Positions 27,948-38,410 of a stretch of 64,000 nt of DNA are shown piece after piece. Source of the DNA: a virus; the IMG/VR virus record IMGVR_UViG_3300012928_000001, positions 32,001-96,000 of that record. The stretch is one strand, 5' to 3'. The notes below the pieces were generated by a model. The model had not been told where the DNA came from. It was given only the letters and a program-made list of their open reading frames with translations, and made no database searches. The first letter of the stretch is position 1; every line of letters begins with the position of its first letter. The translations under genes were made by a program, and so were the position numbers.

Positions 27948-30200
27948 ATGCCCGAGCTGCTTTCGTCCAAGATCATCATCCGCGAAGAGCCCCCGCAGAT
28001 CCGCAGCATCACCGCGCTGCCCACCGCCGTCCTCGGCATGATCGGCATCACCCAACGGGGCCCCGTGGGCCAGCCGGTGCTCGTGCTGTCCTTCGAGGAA
28101 TGGCGCAACACCTTCGGCGGCTACACCCTCACGAGCCGCGACACGATCGCCGCGGTCGAGGGCTTTTTCGAAGAGGGCGGCCAGTTCCTCTGGTTCACCC
28201 GGACGGTGCACTACACCGACGTCACCGACAACACCACGAGCACGTCGACGCGTGGCTCGGTCGACCTGAGCACGCTGCTACTCGCGGCCCAGGGCGCCCA
28301 GGCCCTGAGCACCCTCGCCGGCCCCTTCTCGCTCCCCGACGGCGCCACCATCACCACGAGCGAGGACGGCAACGCCGCGGTCACCACGACGATCAACGGC
28401 GGCCCCGCGCAGGTCACCGCCGTGGCCGCGGGCAACGTCGCGCTCGCCGACGGACAGACGCTCACCCTGCGCGTGAACAACGGGCCCGAGCAGACGCTCA
28501 CCCTGCAAGCCGCGAGCTTCGCCAACATCGCCGCCGCGACCCCGGCCGAGGTGGCTACGGTGATCTCCGCCTTCACGGGGGCCACGGGCGACGTCGATGG
28601 GACTTCGCCGCGCCTGTCCACCGACGGGGCCGGCAACGGATTCTCGATCCAGGTCACCGGCGGCACCGCCAACGCCGTACTGCAATTCCCGACCACCGTC
28701 CAGAACGGCACGGGCAACGTCGGCAACCTCGCCGCCATCTCGAACGCCGAGCTCATCTCGCTGGTCGAGGCCGCGACCACGGGCCTCTCGGGCTCGGAGA
28801 TCAACAGCCGACTCGCCATCACCACCGACGCCACCGGGGCCGCCAAGACCCTGACCATCGGCGGCACTGCGGCGGCCACCCTCGGGCTCCCGACCGCCGA
28901 GCAGACCGGCGCCGACGCGGTGGCGGCTACGCCAACCCTGCGCGTCCAGGGACGCTGGGATGGGGCCTACACCGACGACCTCACGGTGAGCATCACCGCC
29001 GCGAGCTCGGGCGAGGCCGACCGCTTCAACCTCGTCATCCGCGAGAGCGGGGTCATCCGCGAGACCTGGGCCAACCTGTCCATGCTCGACACGGACCCCA
29101 ACTACGTCGAGACGGTGATCAACGCGGAGATCCCCGCGGGCTCGGTCTACATCACCGTGACCGACCTCGACGCGGGCCTGGGCTCGCCCACCAACGACCG
29201 CCCCGCGACGCTCGCCAACACGGCGATCCCCGGCGGCGGCGACGGGCTCGTGGGCATCGCGGACACCGACTTCATCGGCGATGTCGACGAAAAGACCGGT
29301 CTCTACGCCCTCGACGCGGACAACTCCCAGCCGATCACGCTGCTCGCCTCGCCGGCTCGCATCACTGCGGTCGTGCACAACGCGATGTTGACCTACGCGG
29401 AGATCCACCGGAACGGCTCGATGCTCGCGCTCATCGACGCGCCCGCGGGGAGCACCGCCCAGGGCATCGTCGACTACGTGCGCGAGCAAGCGCTACTCGA
29501 AGGCGCGAGCGAGTTCGGGGCGCTCTACTGGCCCCACGTCCGCGTGATCAACCCGAACACCACGCTGTTTGGGGATCAGGACTACATCACCATCCCCCCG
29601 TGTGGGCACGTGGCGGGCGCCATGGCGCGCACCGACGCGAGTCAGCCGGGCGGCGTATACCTGACTCCCGCGGGGCAGGAGAACGGCCGGCTGCGGTCGA
29701 TCGTGGGCTTCGAGATCCTGCCCGGTCGGCAGATCCCCGAGAGCTTCGACGAGACCAAACGCGATCTCGTCGTGCCCGCGCGCGTCAACCCGCTCGACGC
29801 GAACGGAGGACTCCGCATCATCGACGGCGCGCGCACGCTCCGGGCCGACGGGTCCTTCCCCTTCGTGGGTGAACGCCGCGGCGTGATCTTCATCGAGCAG
29901 AGCGTCAAGGCGGGGATCGAGTTCGCTCGCTTCGCCAATCACGACGCCCGCTTGCGGGCCGAGGTGGCGCGCGTGATCGACAAGTTCCTCGCGGACCAGA
30001 TGAGCGTCGGAGCCTTCCGCACGCGCAACCCCGAGACCGCCTACTTCGTCGACGTCGGCGAAGGCCTCAACCCGCCCAGCGTCGTCTTCAACGGCGAGCT
30101 TCGGGCGCGCATCGGGCTCGCCACGCAAAAGCCGGCCGAGTTCATCACCCTGACCTTCACCCAAGACACGCGCGCGCTCACCCAAGAGCTCTCGCAGTAA
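27948..30200 (+). CDS. contractile tail sheath
   Basis: RGPVGQP...FFEEGG; ALYWP, PPCGHVAGAMARTD, GARTL, PAEFI. Confidence 0.95.
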   Translation: MPELLSSKIIIREEPPQIRSITALPTAVLGMIGITQRGPVGQPVLVLSFEEWRNTFGGYTLTSRDTIAAVEGFFEEGGQFLWFTRTVHYTDVTDNTTSTSTRGSVDLSTLLLAAQGAQALSTLAGPFSLPDGATITTSEDGNAAVTTTINGGPAQVTAVAAGNVALADGQTLTLRVNNGPEQTLTLQAASFANIAAATPAEVATVISAFTGATGDVDGTSPRLSTDGAGNGFSIQVTGGTANAVLQFPTTVQNGTGNVGNLAAISNAELISLVEAATTGLSGSEINSRLAITTDATGAAKTLTIGGTAAATLGLPTAEQTGADAVAATPTLRVQGRWDGAYTDDLTVSITAASSGEADRFNLVIRESGVIRETWANLSMLDTDPNYVETVINAEIPAGSVYITVTDLDAGLGSPTNDRPATLANTAIPGGGDGLVGIADTDFIGDVDEKTGLYALDADNSQPITLLASPARITAVVHNAMLTYAEIHRNGSMLALIDAPAGSTAQGIVDYVREQALLEGASEFGALYWPHVRVINPNTTLFGDQDYITIPPCGHVAGAMARTDASQPGGVYLTPAGQENGRLRSIVGFEILPGRQIPESFDETKRDLVVPARVNPLDANGGLRIIDGARTLRADGSFPFVGERRGVIFIEQSVKAGIEFARFANHDARLRAEVARVIDKFLADQMSVGAFRTRNPETAYFVDVGEGLNPPSVVFNGELRARIGLATQKPAEFITLTFTQDTRALTQELSQ

Positions 30201-30213
30201 TCGGAGCTGATCA

Positions 30214-30681
30214 ATGCCAGTCGTCGGAGCCCCTCGCGTTTTTGAGGATCGATTCAAGTACCGCGTCGAGATCGATGGGGTCGCGCACGCGGGATTCAAC
30301 AAGTGCAGCGCCCTCGAAGCTGAGATCGACAAGATCGAGTACCGGGAGGGCGGGCGGCTCACGCCGCAAAAGAGTCCCGGGCTCGTCAACATTTCCGACA
30401 TCACGCTCGAACGCGGCGCCGTCTCGTCGGATTCGGATCTCTACGATTGGTTCACGCAGGTCGTGGATCTCGTGGCGAACACCGGACAGATCGAGGACAC
30501 CTTTCGGCGCAACTTCGACATCGTGGTGCTCGACCGGGACAACAACCCGATCAAGCGGTGGCGGTGCACCGACGCGTGGCCGACCAAGTTCACCGCGGGC
30601 GATTGGGACAACGACGCGAGCGAGCACAACATCGAGATGGTCGTGGTCACCATGAACTCGTTCCGTCGCGTGCCTGTCTGA
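30214..30681 (+). CDS. tail tube (T4 gp19 family)
   Basis: FKYRVEIDG..AGF, YREGG, ITLERG, AWPTK. Confidence 0.95.
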   Translation: MPVVGAPRVFEDRFKYRVEIDGVAHAGFNKCSALEAEIDKIEYREGGRLTPQKSPGLVNISDITLERGAVSSDSDLYDWFTQVVDLVANTGQIEDTFRRNFDIVVLDRDNNPIKRWRCTDAWPTKFTAGDWDNDASEHNIEMVVVTMNSFRRVPV

Positions 30682-30704
30682 GCCTCGCCGGCTCGTGGCG
30701 ACCT

Positions 30705-30728
30705 AGGGCCTGCGAGAGCGGGCCCTTT
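30705..30728 (+). terminator. intrinsic terminator
   Basis: AGGGCCTGC-GAGA-GCGGGCCCTTT, near-identical to the one at 5842. Confidence 0.7.
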
Positions 30729-30775
30729 GTCTTGGGCTGCGCCAGCCCCCGACCGCGTGTATCATTGCCAGCACC

Positions 30776-31594
30776 ATGGGACGCCAAATCACCACCACCA
30801 CCCCGTCTGGACTCATCGCCACCGTGCGCGGCTTGAAGGGCGCCGAAATCAACCTCTTCGCCAACAAGACCGAGGCCGAGCAGCGCAACGTCGGCATGGA
30901 GCTGCTCGACAGCATCACGCTCTCGGTCGAGGACGCGGGCCCGCTGTACGAGCTCGACGACAAGGGCCGCCCGGACTGGGAAAAGCTGATCGACGCCGAT
31001 CGCTTTTGGCTCTACATGTTCGGGCGGATCGCCACCTACGGGGCCGACTACGTCTTCCGCTACCAATGCGGCAAGGCGACGTGTCGGCATCGCTTCGGAT
31101 GGGGCGTGCAGCTCGATCGGGACTTGAAGCAAAAGCAGCTGCCCGCAAGGAGCATCGAGCAGTTCCTCGAAGGGAACTGCTTTGGTCCGATCCACTTCGG
31201 CGACGACGAGATCCACTTTCAGCTGCTCACGGGTGAGATCGAAAAGGCCGGACTCGCCATGAAGAACCGGCGCCCCGACGAAGCGACTACGCTCACCGTG
31301 GCCAACCGGATCAAGGCCCTCAACGCCGACGAGTCAAAGGTCAACATCCACAATTGGGTGAAGGCGCTCGACCTGCTCGACCTGCTCGACCTGATCGACG
31401 AGCTCGATCGGGTCGACGGCGGCATCGACACGGACATTGAAATCCAGTGTCCCAAATGCGGGCACATCCAGGAGGTGCGCCTCCCTTTGGGCGTCGATTT
31501 CTGGACCCCGGACAAGCGGCTGCGCTCGCTCGTGAAGAAGGGCGTGAAGATCCCGGAGGGCGGTGGGCATATCCGGCTGAGCTCGGATTCCTGA
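30776..31594 (+). CDS. tail assembly / T4 gp26-like protein
   Basis: DR.WL...RIATYG, CPKCG; between tube and TMP. Confidence 0.7.
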   Translation: MGRQITTTTPSGLIATVRGLKGAEINLFANKTEAEQRNVGMELLDSITLSVEDAGPLYELDDKGRPDWEKLIDADRFWLYMFGRIATYGADYVFRYQCGKATCRHRFGWGVQLDRDLKQKQLPARSIEQFLEGNCFGPIHFGDDEIHFQLLTGEIEKAGLAMKNRRPDEATTLTVANRIKALNADESKVNIHNWVKALDLLDLLDLIDELDRVDGGIDTDIEIQCPKCGHIQEVRLPLGVDFWTPDKRLRSLVKKGVKIPEGGGHIRLSSDS

Positions 31595-31631
31595 GCGTCT
31601 TTCCTCTCCCAGATCTCAAAGACTACTGGGA

Positions 31632-31830
31632 GATGGCGTTCAATCTCACCTATCAGCGATACCCCGGTTCAGGTACTACGCTTACCCTCGCCGATGTACA
31701 CGCAATGGATTGGGATCAGATTCTGTGGTGGTCAAAGCGACTACGTCGCGCGTGGGATGAGGAAGTCTCCGCACTGAGTGGGCGCAAAGAACTCGATCAA
31801 CTGAACGACGATCACCAACTAGACGAATGA
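31632..31830 (+). CDS. small tail assembly protein (start uncertain)
   Basis: Typical small ORF preceding a tape measure gene. Confidence 0.5.
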
Positions 31831-31848
31831 CAGCAGAGGTGTGAGCAC

Positions 31849-34590
31849 ATGGCATTGAACGGACTCGGCCTAGGGCTCACCTTTTCCGCGGCGGATCTTG
31901 CTAGCGGACCGATCCGGCGACTGACTCACTCGGTCGCTTCCTTGGACATCGCGTTGACGCGAGTGACCAAGCGGATCGCAGGATTCAACGCTTCGCAGCG
32001 CGGCATGGTCCGCGCTGCCCGTGGCGCCCAAAAGCGCATCAACGGCAAGACCGCGGCCCTGAGTCAGGCGAACGTGGTCATGGTCGAGCACGCCGCACGG
32101 ACGCGGCAGGTTGCCCAAGCGCAGCGGGCCACGACGGGAAGCACCGGGGCGATGGTCAAGCGCTTCGGCACGCTTGCCGTGGCCGCGGGCGCGACGTTCC
32201 TCGCATTCCGTGCGGCGGATTTTGCGAGCAACTTCAATCAGCAGCTAGTCGCCACCCAAAAGATCATGGGGGCGACGGACGAGCAGCTCGGCGCCATGGA
32301 GGAGAAAATCCTCGATGTCGGGTTGCGTACCAAGTTCTCCCCTGACGAGATCGTCGAGGGAATGAAAAACCTTGGCTCTGCTGGCCTCGCTGCCGGGGAG
32401 GCCATGGCTGCCATCGAGCCCGCGGCCTTGCTCGCCACCGCCGGACAGATCGGGCTGGACAGCGCGAGCCGGGCGATCGTCGGTACCCTCAAGTCGTTCT
32501 CGCTCGAAGCGGACCAGGCGGGCATCGTCGCAGACAAGCTGGCGCGAACGACTCAGCTGTCCAACTTGCAGGCCGCGGATTTCGAGATCGGCCTCTCGAA
32601 GGCGGCGGCGTCCATGGGTGCGTTCGAGCAGAGCATGGACGACACGCTAGTCGGCCTCGGTGCTCTGCGAAATGCCAACATTGATGCGAGCTCGGCGAGT
32701 ACTGCCTTGCGCGAGTCGGTGCGTCGCGTGTTCGCGGACAAGCGCGCGCGGGAGCAGCTCAAGGGCTTGGGGATCGACGTCGACAAGCTCAATGAGAGCG
32801 AGCACGGCCTCATTGACACGATCTTTGAAGTCGACGCAGCGACCAAGGACATGACCAAATCGCAGCGCGATGCGAAGGTCGCTGCGATTTTCGGCGCGCG
32901 TGGCCTGCTCGCGTTCAACTCCATCTCGAAGCTCACTCACCGCACCATGCGGGACGGGCAAGAGGTAACGCTCAAGGGCGCCGAGGCCTTCGAGGTGATG
33001 CGCGAGAAGGTCGCCAACGCCGATGGCACCGTCAAGGATTTCAATGATGCGATGTTGGACACCTTCGAGGGTCAAAAGCAGATCCTCTCGGGCGCCGTCG
33101 ACACGTTGCGTGTGGTCCTCGGCCAAGGGTTCGCGCGCGTCCTAAAGCCGGTTGTGCGATTCACCGCCGAGTCGGTGGGCAAGATCGCCAAGTTCATCAA
33201 AGAGCTCTCGCCGCAGACCAAAGAAGCGGTAGCCAAGCTCGCCGGCTTCACCGGCGTCGTGCTCGGGCTCGTCGGTGCTGTCATCGCGGTGGGTGCTCCT
33301 GTGGCCGCTGTGATTGCCGGCATCGGTACCGCGGTGGTCGGGGTCAAACGCATCATCGATACCAACGTGGGCGGCATCGGTGATCGTTTCCGCGGGCTGC
33401 TCGCTAGCGCCAAGCTCTTTTTCCGCGGGTTCTCGCAGCTCATCACGGACGGCTTTTTGTCCGGCGAGACGCTGGCGTCGCTGCAAGAAGAGGAGAACGC
33501 CAATGTGCTGACCGCCCTTGTGCGGCTCGTGCAGATCGGCCATCGGATCCAGCGATTCTGGGGCGGAATTCAAGAGGGATTCAGGACCGCGATGGAAGGC
33601 GCCGCGCCGACCTTCGAGGCGCTACAGAACGCCTTCGATGAGCTGGGGAAAGCGCTTGGGTTTGCGGGTGATGAGTTCACCGCGATCAAGACTCCCAGCG
33701 AGCGCTTCGCCGCTGCGGGTCGAGTCATCGGGAAGATCCTCGCGCGCTTGGTCGAGGGCGGGGCACAGTTCCTCGTGTTTTGGCTTCGCTTCCGCGCCGG
33801 TCTCGTGAAGGGCGTCCGCACGGTGCTCACCGCTGCGCGTCCGGCCCTCGACAATCTGCGCGTCGCGTTCGGGCGACTCGTGGAGGCCGGCGGTAGCATC
33901 CTGCGCGTGCTCGGGCTCGTGGATGGTGGATTTGGGAAGTCGGGGGATACCGTCGACATGCTCGCCCAGGTTCTCGTTAGCCTGATTCAGTACGTGCTGA
34001 TCCCGATGATCAATGCGTGGGCGTGGGTGTTCGAAAAGACGGCGAAGGTGTGGCGCGCCTTCGCTATCGGAATCGCCATCGTGCGCGCCCTGATCAACGC
34101 AGGGATTTGGCTCAAAGATACGATCGTCGACGGCATCGCGGGGGCCTTCGATTTCATCGCCGAAAAGGTGCCCGTGCTCGGAAAGGTGATCGACGTATTC
34201 GATCGCATCGTCGACCGCATCACCCAGGCCCGCGACCGCATCCGAGAGTTCCGGCAGCTCGTCAGCTTCGGCGGCGAGGGGGGCGTTCGAGACCAGGTCC
34301 GTGGGGCCATCGGCGCCCGCGTGAACACCTTCCTGGGCTCGGCGCTGGGGGTCGACCAAAACGCCGGAGCAGCCGCGTCAGCGGCCGGCACACAGCGCGC
34401 CCGCGAGTTCGCGGACCAGGCCCAGGCTCAGGCCTCGGCGCTCGCCCAGGAGATGCGGAAGACCGCGGGCGGCGGCGAGAAGGCCAACGGGCAGGCGACC
34501 AACGTGACGCTCATGCTCGACAGCGAGGTTCTGCTCGAAGTTCTCACCAACGCGCAACAGACCGCGACCGCGGCCGGATTCGGAGGCTAG
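31849..34590 (+). CDS. tape measure protein (TP901 family)
   Basis: TKFSPDE, ADKLA, ASSASTALR, IFGARG; long Ala-rich helical protein. Confidence 0.93.
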   Translation: MALNGLGLGLTFSAADLASGPIRRLTHSVASLDIALTRVTKRIAGFNASQRGMVRAARGAQKRINGKTAALSQANVVMVEHAARTRQVAQAQRATTGSTGAMVKRFGTLAVAAGATFLAFRAADFASNFNQQLVATQKIMGATDEQLGAMEEKILDVGLRTKFSPDEIVEGMKNLGSAGLAAGEAMAAIEPAALLATAGQIGLDSASRAIVGTLKSFSLEADQAGIVADKLARTTQLSNLQAADFEIGLSKAAASMGAFEQSMDDTLVGLGALRNANIDASSASTALRESVRRVFADKRAREQLKGLGIDVDKLNESEHGLIDTIFEVDAATKDMTKSQRDAKVAAIFGARGLLAFNSISKLTHRTMRDGQEVTLKGAEAFEVMREKVANADGTVKDFNDAMLDTFEGQKQILSGAVDTLRVVLGQGFARVLKPVVRFTAESVGKIAKFIKELSPQTKEAVAKLAGFTGVVLGLVGAVIAVGAPVAAVIAGIGTAVVGVKRIIDTNVGGIGDRFRGLLASAKLFFRGFSQLITDGFLSGETLASLQEEENANVLTALVRLVQIGHRIQRFWGGIQEGFRTAMEGAAPTFEALQNAFDELGKALGFAGDEFTAIKTPSERFAAAGRVIGKILARLVEGGAQFLVFWLRFRAGLVKGVRTVLTAARPALDNLRVAFGRLVEAGGSILRVLGLVDGGFGKSGDTVDMLAQVLVSLIQYVLIPMINAWAWVFEKTAKVWRAFAIGIAIVRALINAGIWLKDTIVDGIAGAFDFIAEKVPVLGKVIDVFDRIVDRITQARDRIREFRQLVSFGGEGGVRDQVRGAIGARVNTFLGSALGVDQNAGAAASAAGTQRAREFADQAQAQASALAQEMRKTAGGGEKANGQATNVTLMLDSEVLLEVLTNAQQTATAAGFGG

Positions 34591-34593
34591 ATC

Positions 34594-35121
34594 ATGTCAC
34601 TCGACATTGCCAACTCTCGCCCCGAGCGACTGAACATCGCCAATCTACAGACCGGCGATGGCTACTACATGCAGTTCAACCCTACGGAGTTGAAGCGGCA
34701 AACCGCGATCAACTACCAACGCCACGAGGTCATTGGGCAGTCCTACCGCCCGCTCGACTACACGGGTACGAACAATCAGACGCTCTCGTTTTCGGTGTAC
34801 TTCCGAGCCGAAAATCGCCAGCAACAGCAGGGGATGGAAGAGGTGATGCGCTTCCTCGAATCGCTCGGGTACCCGCCCGAGGACGCCGACGCGCTCGTCG
34901 AAGCTCGCCCGCCCCGATGCTTGATCGTGTGGCCGAACACCCTGTCGATCACCGCGGTGCTCACCAACTACGATGAGACCCGCGAGATGTTCGATCTACA
35001 GGGCCGCACGATTCAGGCCACCGTGCGGCTGACCTGGGAAGAGGTCTCCATCGAGCGACTCACCCAAGAGCGCATCCGTGAACAGGGCGCGCAGCGATCC
35101 ACCCAGGATTGGAGGGGCTAA
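34594..35121 (+). CDS. tube initiator / CIS tube-like protein
   Basis: QFNPTEL, PPRCLIVW. Confidence 0.75.
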   Translation: MSLDIANSRPERLNIANLQTGDGYYMQFNPTELKRQTAINYQRHEVIGQSYRPLDYTGTNNQTLSFSVYFRAENRQQQQGMEEVMRFLESLGYPPEDADALVEARPPRCLIVWPNTLSITAVLTNYDETREMFDLQGRTIQATVRLTWEEVSIERLTQERIREQGAQRSTQDWRG

Positions 35122-35465
35122 TGCCACCCCGCGAGAACAGCCGATACGCATTCACGACTGCGCGCCGAGACGCGGAATCGCAAAAGCTACTCCTCGGCCC
35201 ACGCACCCCGTTTCGCTATGAGGCGCGAGCCGACAACCGCACGCACGTCGTGCAGTCCGGCGACACGCTTTGGAACCTCGCGGCGCGCTACTTTCAGCCG
35301 CTCGGCGGGCTGCCCATTCGTAGCGCGGCGATGCTGTACTGGATCATTCAGGACTATCAGCCTGTCCCTATTCACGACCCAACTATTCGCCTGCAAGAGG
35401 GAACGACCCTCGTGATCCCGTCCGTTGCTTTCGTGATTGACCGAGTCTTCACCGAGGCCCAATGA
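35121..35465 (+). CDS. LysM baseplate protein
   Basis: HVVQSGDTLWNLAARY, YWIIQDYQ, LVIPS. Confidence 0.88.
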   Translation: MPPRENSRYAFTTARRDAESQKLLLGPRTPFRYEARADNRTHVVQSGDTLWNLAARYFQPLGGLPIRSAAMLYWIIQDYQPVPIHDPTIRLQEGTTLVIPSVAFVIDRVFTEAQ

Positions 35466-36994
35466 CCAACCCTCGCGCGCCATGGTACCAGGTCGTGCTG
35501 ATCCAGACGGGGGCACAGCGCGGCGCGTTGCTCGACTTGACTAGCGATGTGAAGTCTTTTCAGTTCCAAGATAACGAACGAAAGACGGACAAGCTAAAGC
35601 TGACAGTCGACAATTTCGACCTGCGCAACTTCGACAACCCCGTGTGGCGTCATGGCGCACGCCTGCGCGTCGCGTTCGGCAACGGCATCTCGGCCGCCCC
35701 GGCGCGAATCATGGTGGTCAAGAAGGTCACCGGCGGGATCAATCTGAACGTCGAGGCGAACGACCTCGCGGTGATGATGGACACCCGCAAAAACCGGAAC
35801 GTGTATGAGAACATGACGCGCTCCGAAGTGGTGACAGAGATCGCCGCACGCTACGGATTCTCGGCGGACAACATTCAGGAGACCACCGAGGTTTTCGAGA
35901 TCATGAATCAGGGCAACTTGAGTGACGCGGAGTACGTCCGAAAGCTGGCCCACTTGCAGGGGTATCAGTTTTTCGTCGACTTCGACGGGCTGCATTGGCA
36001 CGAGCGCCGCGCCGGCCAAGCCCCCATTCGCACGCTCCACTACTACGCCGCCGATCCGCGCAATGAGGGCGACATCAAATCGTTCAACGTCGAGAACGAC
36101 ATCACCCGCAAGCCCGGGCGCGTGCGCGTGCAGTCGCGCGACCCGATGGAGCAGACCGAGATTGAAGCGGTCGCGGACAACACTACCGACACATCGCGCG
36201 ATGTGCTCCAGCCATTGATGGGTGTGATCGACCCGGAGATCGGCGTGCTGACTACGCAATCCGATGTCAGCTATGAGACCACCATCGCAAGCAACGTCCA
36301 GACCGCCGAGGACGCGGAGACCGAGGCCACCGGCAAATTCCGACTCGCCACACAACGCGCGGTCAAAATGAACCTGACGATTCGCGGCGCGCCGGAGCTG
36401 CTCGCAAAGTCGGTGGTCAACATCACCGGCATGGGCCGCCGACTCTCGGGCAAGTACTACGTGCGCAACGTGAGCCACACGATCTCAGCGGGTGGCGGCT
36501 ATTCGTGCAACCTCAAGATGATCACAGACGGGTACCAAAGCGGGAACGGCTCGGGCGGGGCCGCGGGCGCGGACATCGAGTCGCTGCTACAGAGCTGCGT
36601 CGCGGAGCTCCAGGCTGCGCGCGCGAGCGTGCTTGGAGTGGGCCCCCTAGAGCAACAGGTCGCCCGCTCGATCGATCGGCTCATGCAGGCGCTGGGGGTC
36701 GTGGGCCAGGGCGCGGGCGCGGAGCAAGCCACCCTCGCGCTCGCGCAGGCAGCCAACGCAGATCGGCTCGCGCAGGCCGGAGCCAACGCGGGCCTGTCCA
36801 ACGTCACCGCCGCCGCTGCGAGCTGCGCGAGCGTGCTCCGGCAGCTCGCCACCCAGGCCGACGCCGAAGCCGAGGGCAACATCAACACGCGCGAGGAGGG
36901 CGACGCCGGGGCCAGGACCGCGGTCGCCGACATCGACGGCGAGACAGGCGAGCTCATCACGCGCTACATTGGGACGCGAGGCCGCGATGCCTAG
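35462..36994 (+). CDS. baseplate hub (late control D family)
   Basis: Q.NLSDAEYVRKLA, G.PELLA, LSGKYYV..VSHTI. Confidence 0.85.
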   Translation: MTNPRAPWYQVVLIQTGAQRGALLDLTSDVKSFQFQDNERKTDKLKLTVDNFDLRNFDNPVWRHGARLRVAFGNGISAAPARIMVVKKVTGGINLNVEANDLAVMMDTRKNRNVYENMTRSEVVTEIAARYGFSADNIQETTEVFEIMNQGNLSDAEYVRKLAHLQGYQFFVDFDGLHWHERRAGQAPIRTLHYYAADPRNEGDIKSFNVENDITRKPGRVRVQSRDPMEQTEIEAVADNTTDTSRDVLQPLMGVIDPEIGVLTTQSDVSYETTIASNVQTAEDAETEATGKFRLATQRAVKMNLTIRGAPELLAKSVVNITGMGRRLSGKYYVRNVSHTISAGGGYSCNLKMITDGYQSGNGSGGAAGADIESLLQSCVAELQAARASVLGVGPLEQQVARSIDRLMQALGVVGQGAGAEQATLALAQAANADRLAQAGANAGLSNVTAAAASCASVLRQLATQADAEAEGNINTREEGDAGARTAVADIDGETGELITRYIGTRGRDA

Positions 36995-37631
36995 CCATCT
37001 GGACGTAGGAGACCCCACCGACGACCGCTTCCCCGATGTGCGGTACAACGGAATTTTCGAGGGGCAGGTGATCGAGAACCGGGACCCGCAGGGGCTCGGG
37101 CGCGTGCGCGTGACCGTGCCGGGCATCATCGATCGGCCGGGCTCCGCGTGGGCGTTCCCCACGGGCGGAGTCGGGGGCGGCACGGCCAAGCGCGGGGCCT
37201 TCGACGTGCCCCCCATCGGCGCCGCGGTCTACGTCTTCTTTCTCGCGGGCGACGTCGACAAGCCGCGATTCTTCGCCGGCCACTACGGCGCCCCCGGGGG
37301 CGAGCGCGAGACCCCGACCGAAGCCGCCAAGGCCTTCGACGAGGATGGGCCCGAGGGCGCGACCCAGGTCAAGACTTGGGAGACGGAGAAGTTCGCACTG
37401 GTCTTTGACGACCGCGATCAAAAGTCGCGCTTTTACATCTACACCACGTCACGGGGGCAAGAGCTCGACGGCAACGCCCTGATGATCGAGCTCGACAATG
37501 AGCAAGGCACCATCGCCATTTCGGCAACCGCCGCTATCTCGCTGCGCACGCTCGGGCACGTCGAGATCGACGCGCTCACCTGCAACATCATGGGCCGCAA
37601 AGTGCTGCGAATCCCAGGCAAGCCGATCTAG
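36987..37631 (+). CDS. baseplate spike (gpV, OB-fold)
   Basis: DPQGLGRVRVTVP, PPIGAAVYVFFLAGDVDKP. Confidence 0.9.
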   Translation: MPSHLDVGDPTDDRFPDVRYNGIFEGQVIENRDPQGLGRVRVTVPGIIDRPGSAWAFPTGGVGGGTAKRGAFDVPPIGAAVYVFFLAGDVDKPRFFAGHYGAPGGERETPTEAAKAFDEDGPEGATQVKTWETEKFALVFDDRDQKSRFYIYTTSRGQELDGNALMIELDNEQGTIAISATAAISLRTLGHVEIDALTCNIMGRKVLRIPGKPI

Positions 37632-37633
37632 TC

Positions 37634-38410
37634 ATGCCGCTGCCCGATCTCAGCACTTTCTGCATCGACCTCGACGTCACGCCGGGCGAGCTTTGCTTGA
37701 CCTTCCCCGGCGGGGCCGAGGTCTGCGTGCAGTACCCGAGTCTCGTCCCGCCGACGCCGGATGAGCTCGTCCGGCAGCTGTTCGCTCAGGCCAACGCTGC
37801 ACTCGCTCCACTCAACCCCTTTTTCAACGTCATCGACGTAATCGTCGCAATCTTCGATTGCATCAAAGCGATTAGCACTCTCAACCCCGAGGAGATCGCC
37901 GCGTGTCTGCCTAACTTGGCTGAGCGCATCGGTGCATTGCTGCGCCTGATCCCGCAGTTGAGTTTGCCGATTCTGATCGCGCAGTTCATCGACCTTTTGC
38001 TGATCTACCTGCGGGGCTACCGAGCACAGCTCATCGGCCAACGTGAGTACCTGCTACGCATCTTGGCGGCCGAGACCGCAGCACAGCGGCCGGGCAACAT
38101 CGGCTTGTCCTCCGTGATCGTCTGCGCCAAAGATGACTTTCGCAAGCTCATCGAGTACGGCAACGAATCCGCGACTCCGATCAATCGCCTGATCGGGTTG
38201 ATCAACCTGTTCATGGAGAGCATCGGGCTGGGCCAGTACGGGATCCCGTCGCTCGCCAACATCGACCCCGACGCGATCGACGACTCCGTGCAGGCCCTCG
38301 ACCTCGCCATCGAGACGCTGTCGGTGCTCCGCGCCGCGCTCGCGCCCCTGCTCGGCGAAATCTCGGCGCCCTTCGAGGCCGCCGCCGACATCGTGGAGGG
38401 CAACGCCTGA
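37634..38410 (+). CDS. hypothetical baseplate-region protein
   Basis: Long ORF in operon. Confidence 0.65.
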   Translation: MPLPDLSTFCIDLDVTPGELCLTFPGGAEVCVQYPSLVPPTPDELVRQLFAQANAALAPLNPFFNVIDVIVAIFDCIKAISTLNPEEIAACLPNLAERIGALLRLIPQLSLPILIAQFIDLLLIYLRGYRAQLIGQREYLLRILAAETAAQRPGNIGLSSVIVCAKDDFRKLIEYGNESATPINRLIGLINLFMESIGLGQYGIPSLANIDPDAIDDSVQALDLAIETLSVLRAALAPLLGEISAPFEAAADIVEGNA

